DNA from: a virus
Lineage: Duplodnaviria > Caudoviricetes
DNA: 30,442 bases
IMG/VR virus record: IMGVR_UViG_3300016265_001897
Span: 1 to 30,442 of that record
Reading direction: 5' to 3' (one strand)
In this document: in pieces, positions 27,885 through 30,442 of the stretch
Layout of the letters: every line of letters starts with the position of its first letter
Numbering within the stretch: the first letter of the stretch is position 1
Notes under the pieces: model-generated
Told to the model about the DNA's origin: nothing
Databases searched by the model: none
The model's input: the letters and a program-made list of their open reading frames with translations, nothing else
Position numbers and translations under genes: made by a program

Positions 27885-28038
27885 CGGAGTCTTGCAGCGA
27901 CTCTCTCGTCATTTGGCTAACGTGATGGTGATTTGGAGGTATGCCGCAGTGACGATAACGTAAAGCTAAAAGAAGAGCGGTGGTAAGGTGTGTGAGGAAA
28001 AATGTCAGAAAACCTCAGCTTCCCTTACCACCGCTCTC
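27849..28038 (-). ncRNA. Candidate ~190-nt structured small RNA (ncRNA-A)
   Basis: Starts 8 nt after a TATATT box. Perfect 15-bp stem 27974-27988/28023-28037; further stems 27906-27911/27950-27955 and 27887-27891/27899-27903. Ends in the terminator; no ORF longer than a few codons seen. Confidence 0.55.
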
Positions 28039-28052
28039 ATATCTAAATATAC
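28035..28052 (-). promoter_or_regulatory. 18-bp promoter-like repeat copy 1 (GTATATTTAGATATGAGA)
   Basis: Identical to 28520-28537 and contains TATAnTTAG. Confidence 0.7.
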
Positions 28053-28059
28053 TGCTCAA

Positions 28060-28523
28060 TCTGAATCTTTGCAGTCTTCAGCACTTTCTCTACATTTTTA
28101 TAGCAGTGTCTCTGCTCTAGATACAGAACCACTATAGAGCGACCGAACTTTGACCTGAATCCGTCTCTCTTACTGCTTGTCTGATTCACCTTATTCAGCT
28201 GCTCCCTTAAATCCTTCAGTAGCAGTCTTCTATTTGGTGGGCTCTTGAGTCTTCGCCTTGATGTCGTCTACCTTGTTCCGTCCAGTTTCCTGAATGGCAG
28301 ATTCCAGTGGTCACGGAGATCTACGAGGCTTGATCATCAACTCAGCGGGGGCCAGATAGTGGTAAGCAGCTGGGATCCCATTTAGTGGCTATTGCTTTTT
28401 TCATGAGCTTAACTCCCTGACGAAACCATCAGGAGCTCACTACTTATCCATTCACCACCACGTCTAAGACTGAAGAGAGAGACCGGGAGGATTGGAACCT
28501 CTGCACCACCATCAGGCGGTCTC
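28060..28523 (-). ncRNA. Candidate long structured RNA (ncRNA-B) with tRNA-like 5' module; 3' end uncertain
   Basis: Starts 8 nt after a TATATT box. 7-bp GAGACCG/CGGUCUC stem plus T-arm-like GAGG-UUCCAAU-CCUC. Further hairpins at 28413-28435, 28281-28294 (GAAA loop), 28156-28188 and 28114-28140. G-U pairs favour the minus strand. Confidence 0.45.
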
Positions 28524-28537
28524 ATATCTAAATATAC
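28520..28537 (-). promoter_or_regulatory. 18-bp promoter-like repeat copy 2
   Basis: Identical to 28035-28052. Confidence 0.7.
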
Positions 28538-28600
28538 GCTTCGATGGTAATCTTTTCTGAGAACGCTAAATAAACAAAAAAAATTGATTACATTTTCTAC

Positions 28601-28912
28601 ATGAAAGAACAACGCTTCAAGAGCGACGGAACTCCATACAAGAAAAAATACTACAGCTCATTTGCAAGTAACGCAAATAGCTGGCGTTCTCTAGAAGAAG
28701 TTGGCAACATCGAGGGCATATCCAAGAATAGAGTGTCGATGATCATATCAAAAGCGATGGAGAAGATAGCCCTCTCAGTTCTCAGAGATATAAGAGGACA
28801 CCGTCCAACAGACGAGGAGCTGGACGTCATCTCGAAGGATGAATCATTCCAGCTCCTGGTAGCTGAGGTGATGGAGTCTACGCAATCCAGCGTGGACCGC
28901 CGGGATCCTTAG
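28601..28912 (+). CDS. Sigma-70 region-4-like helix-turn-helix protein
   Basis: RSLEEVGNIEGISKNRVSMIISKAMEKI matches the sigma r4 pattern TLxEIGxxLGISRERVRQIxxxALxKL. No sigma region 2. Confidence 0.7.
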   Translation: MKEQRFKSDGTPYKKKYYSSFASNANSWRSLEEVGNIEGISKNRVSMIISKAMEKIALSVLRDIRGHRPTDEELDVISKDESFQLLVAEVMESTQSSVDRRDP

Positions 28913-28933
28913 ATGGTGGGATATACTGTGGAG

Positions 28934-29389
28934 TCACAGCCCCACCTGAGCAACAAAGCCTGCCTCGGCGCAGATCCATGGCATGATGACACACTGGGCA
29001 TCATGACGCTCGAAGGTCCGTCTGTTCTTGATCCAATCCCTCAGCCGGTCGCTACGGTAGATGTAAGCCCAGCTCCTGGAGCGGTCGATGAAGACAACAA
29101 CATCACTCTTCCCAGTGCTCCATCCAACAGGACGACCAGCCTTGGTGGTCACCTCAACGCAGACGGTATCGTAGTATTGCCCCCAGGCGGAGACACCGGC
29201 GTTGCTCTTCACCTCAACACGCTTGCCACGAAAGATCATGTCGTAGCCATCGAAGAATCTATTCGGATCCTCACTGATCCACTGGGCGGCGGGATCAGTC
29301 TCACTCATAAGAGCAAACAGGCGCGCTTCGAATTCCTTACCGACCTGGAGGCTGCGCTTGCCGTCCTCGGTGTGCCAATCTGATGCCAT
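28934..29389 (-). CDS. PD-(D/E)XK family nuclease (151 aa)
   Basis: SD GGAGGT before ATG 29389. GKEFE...YDMIFRGKRVEVKS...VCVEV...GW.T.KSD.VVF is a restriction-endonuclease-like phage nuclease pattern. Confidence 0.75.
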   Translation of the reverse strand: MASDWHTEDGKRSLQVGKEFEARLFALMSETDPAAQWISEDPNRFFDGYDMIFRGKRVEVKSNAGVSAWGQYYDTVCVEVTTKAGRPVGWSTGKSDVVVFIDRSRSWAYIYRSDRLRDWIKNRRTFERHDAQCVIMPWICAEAGFVAQVGL

Positions 29390-29452
29390 TGTATACCTCC
29401 ATTTTTTTCCTCGACGGGCTGCAAATCCGCGAGGACATGGATAGGTATGGCG

Positions 29453-29515
29453 CATCTTCGAAATTTCAAGATGTAAATGAATTTTGTTGAAAATATTTTC
29501 GACGGTTATAGTTAG
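29453..29515. promoter_or_regulatory. Divergent control region: two imperfect palindromes plus a TTGTTG-N17-TATAGT(TAG) promoter
   Basis: CATCTTCGAAATTTCAAGATG (29453-29473), GTTGAAAATATTTTCGAC (29486-29503) and TATAGTTAG (29507-29515). Confidence 0.55.
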
Positions 29516-29530
29516 GAATGTGGAGGCGCG

Positions 29531-29608
29531 GTGACGGCTGAAAAAGAAATCATCTACATCATCCTGTTCTGGATAGTGGCACTATGGAGCGGTGGAGTAT
29601 TCACATGA
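29531..29608 (+). CDS. 25-aa single-TM micro-protein (not in ORF track)
   Basis: GGAGG SD and GTG start. MTAEKEIIYIILFWIVALWSGGVFT; the stop overlaps the next ATG (ATGA). Confidence 0.55.
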   Translation: MTAEKEIIYIILFWIVALWSGGVFT

Positions 29609-29847
29609 ACGCAACTCCAGATTGGAGCAACTGCAGCATCCGACCAGGTGACCTTGTCCATGTCTACAGTCCATACCGTCGGACCGACGGGCAGGGCCTC
29701 TACACCATCGGTCTCGTGATCTCACTCAACAAGCCGCCCGTCGGCAGCCTTCAGATCTTCGATGCCCAGGTGCTGGTGGATGGAAGCATCATCAACGTCT
29801 ACAGGCACGATATGTATCGGATAACAGATGACTCGCTCTCGGTCTGA
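29605..29847 (+). CDS. Small SH3-like protein (80 aa)
   Basis: GGAG SD. IRPGDLVHV...IGLVISL...QVLVDGSI beta-barrel pattern. Confidence 0.6.
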   Translation: MNATPDWSNCSIRPGDLVHVYSPYRRTDGQGLYTIGLVISLNKPPVGSLQIFDAQVLVDGSIINVYRHDMYRITDDSLSV

Positions 29848-29915
29848 AAAAATTACACTCTTTTCACCAGCAATCCCGGATGGCGTGTATAGTTATCGTG
29901 ATGGAGAGTGCACTC

Positions 29916-30167
29916 ATGAATGAACACGCACGGGACTTTAAGAAAGTTAGGAAAGCTGTCAAGGACAGAAACCTGCAGGAGATGTGCTGGGAGATGCTCA
30001 GCATGTCGATAGACGATATTGAAGCGACGGGAAAAGCAGAGCTCTTCGGTAAGACTGGTCTGATGGAACTCATTCGCGTCCTATCAATCCAGAAGAACAC
30101 TGACCATATGTCGGATCGTATGGAGAAGATCTCAGAGATGCGTGAATGGTTGAGGAAGAGCGCGTGA
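29916..30167 (+). CDS. Small helical protein; terminase small subunit candidate by position
   Basis: TATAGTTAT (29888-29896) and GGAG upstream. Precedes the endonuclease and terL on the circle. Start could alternatively be 29901. Confidence 0.5.
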   Translation: MNEHARDFKKVRKAVKDRNLQEMCWEMLSMSIDDIEATGKAELFGKTGLMELIRVLSIQKNTDHMSDRMEKISEMREWLRKSA

Positions 30168-30442
30168 TCGGCATCTATCGCATCACATGCAAGGCGACGG
30201 GAAAGATATACATCGGTCAGTCTACAAAGATTGAATCACGTTGGAATCAACACAAGCGTGGGCGCTTTCCAGCTTCATTGTTCTACTACACTATCGAGCA
30301 GGAATGCTGCATCGGTATGCTTGATCTGTTAGAGCGCTATTTCATAATGAAGTATCGTAGCATCAGCCCATTTGGATTTAATGAGCAGGTGAATAGCTAC
30401 AACCAGTTCAGGCGTTCAAGCGTGCAAGAGAAGAAGAAGAAA
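30164..30442 (+). CDS. GIY-YIG homing endonuclease, 5' part (continues across the junction to 403)
   Basis: GTG 30164 overlaps the upstream TGA. MIGIYRITCKATGKIYIGQS. Confidence 0.9.
   Translation, partial: MIGIYRITCKATGKIYIGQSTKIESRWNQHKRGRFPASLFYYTIEQECCIGMLDLLERYFIMKYRSISPFGFNEQVNSYNQFRRSSVQEKKKK
30244..30442. repeat. Terminal direct repeat, right copy
   Basis: Identical to 1-199. Confidence 0.95.

Noticed and set aside
28060-28470. Group I intron or retron msr-msd
   Set aside because: No interrupted gene, no clear P7 R/S elements, and no reverse transcriptase in the genome.
28478-28523. Canonical tRNA gene
   Set aside because: No anticodon arm, no D-stem and no CCA. Reported as a tRNA-like module only.
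28035-28537. CRISPR mini-array or att-site pair from the 18-bp repeat
   Set aside because: Only two copies, 485 bp apart. The repeat contains the genome-wide promoter motif, and there is no cas or integrase gene.
28409-28612. 67-aa minus-strand track ORF
   Set aside because: It runs through an AT-rich promoter region and the tRNA-like stem, has no SD and gives an implausible product.
28913-29383. 156-aa + strand ORF starting right after the HTH stop
   Set aside because: Almost fully antisense to the nuclease gene, which has catalytic motifs and a perfect SD. Its product has no recognisable features. Not strictly excluded.

Overview
The window is a complete, circularly assembled tailed-phage genome of about 30,243 bp. 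Bases 1-199 recur exactly at 30244-30442, and the join restores a GIY-YIG/NUMOD3 homing endonuclease ORF that the ORF track shows only in truncated form. About 27 kb on the + strand is a podovirus-type virion and lysis operon. It runs: TerL, portal, Zn-ribbon protein, scaffold, major capsid, cement, enlarged head-tail adaptor, nozzle, three related tail proteins, three putative DNA-ejection proteins (up to 1711 aa), four Lys/Arg-rich micro-proteins, fibre/adhesin-like genes, holin, M15 endolysin and an SLT-like protein. I can recognise no DNA polymerase, primase, helicase, Rep initiator, SSB, integrase or partition gene. The non-virion part is only about 2.8 kb: a sigma-region-4-like HTH protein, a PD-(D/E)XK nuclease, several tiny ORFs, and a ~750 bp region with no credible long ORF. 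In that region two identical 18-bp promoter-like elements (minus strand) each precede a highly structured RNA candidate. One of these begins with a tRNA-like acceptor plus T-arm that lacks an anticodon arm. A TATAnTTAG motif marks module boundaries across the genome, and a structured leader with a duplicated internal-loop motif precedes the capsid gene. Best candidate for a new system: a virion-autonomous but replication-gene-free phage (helper-dependent or RNA-primed) controlled by a twin ncRNA locus. All calls come from manual motif reading; no searches or folding programs were run.
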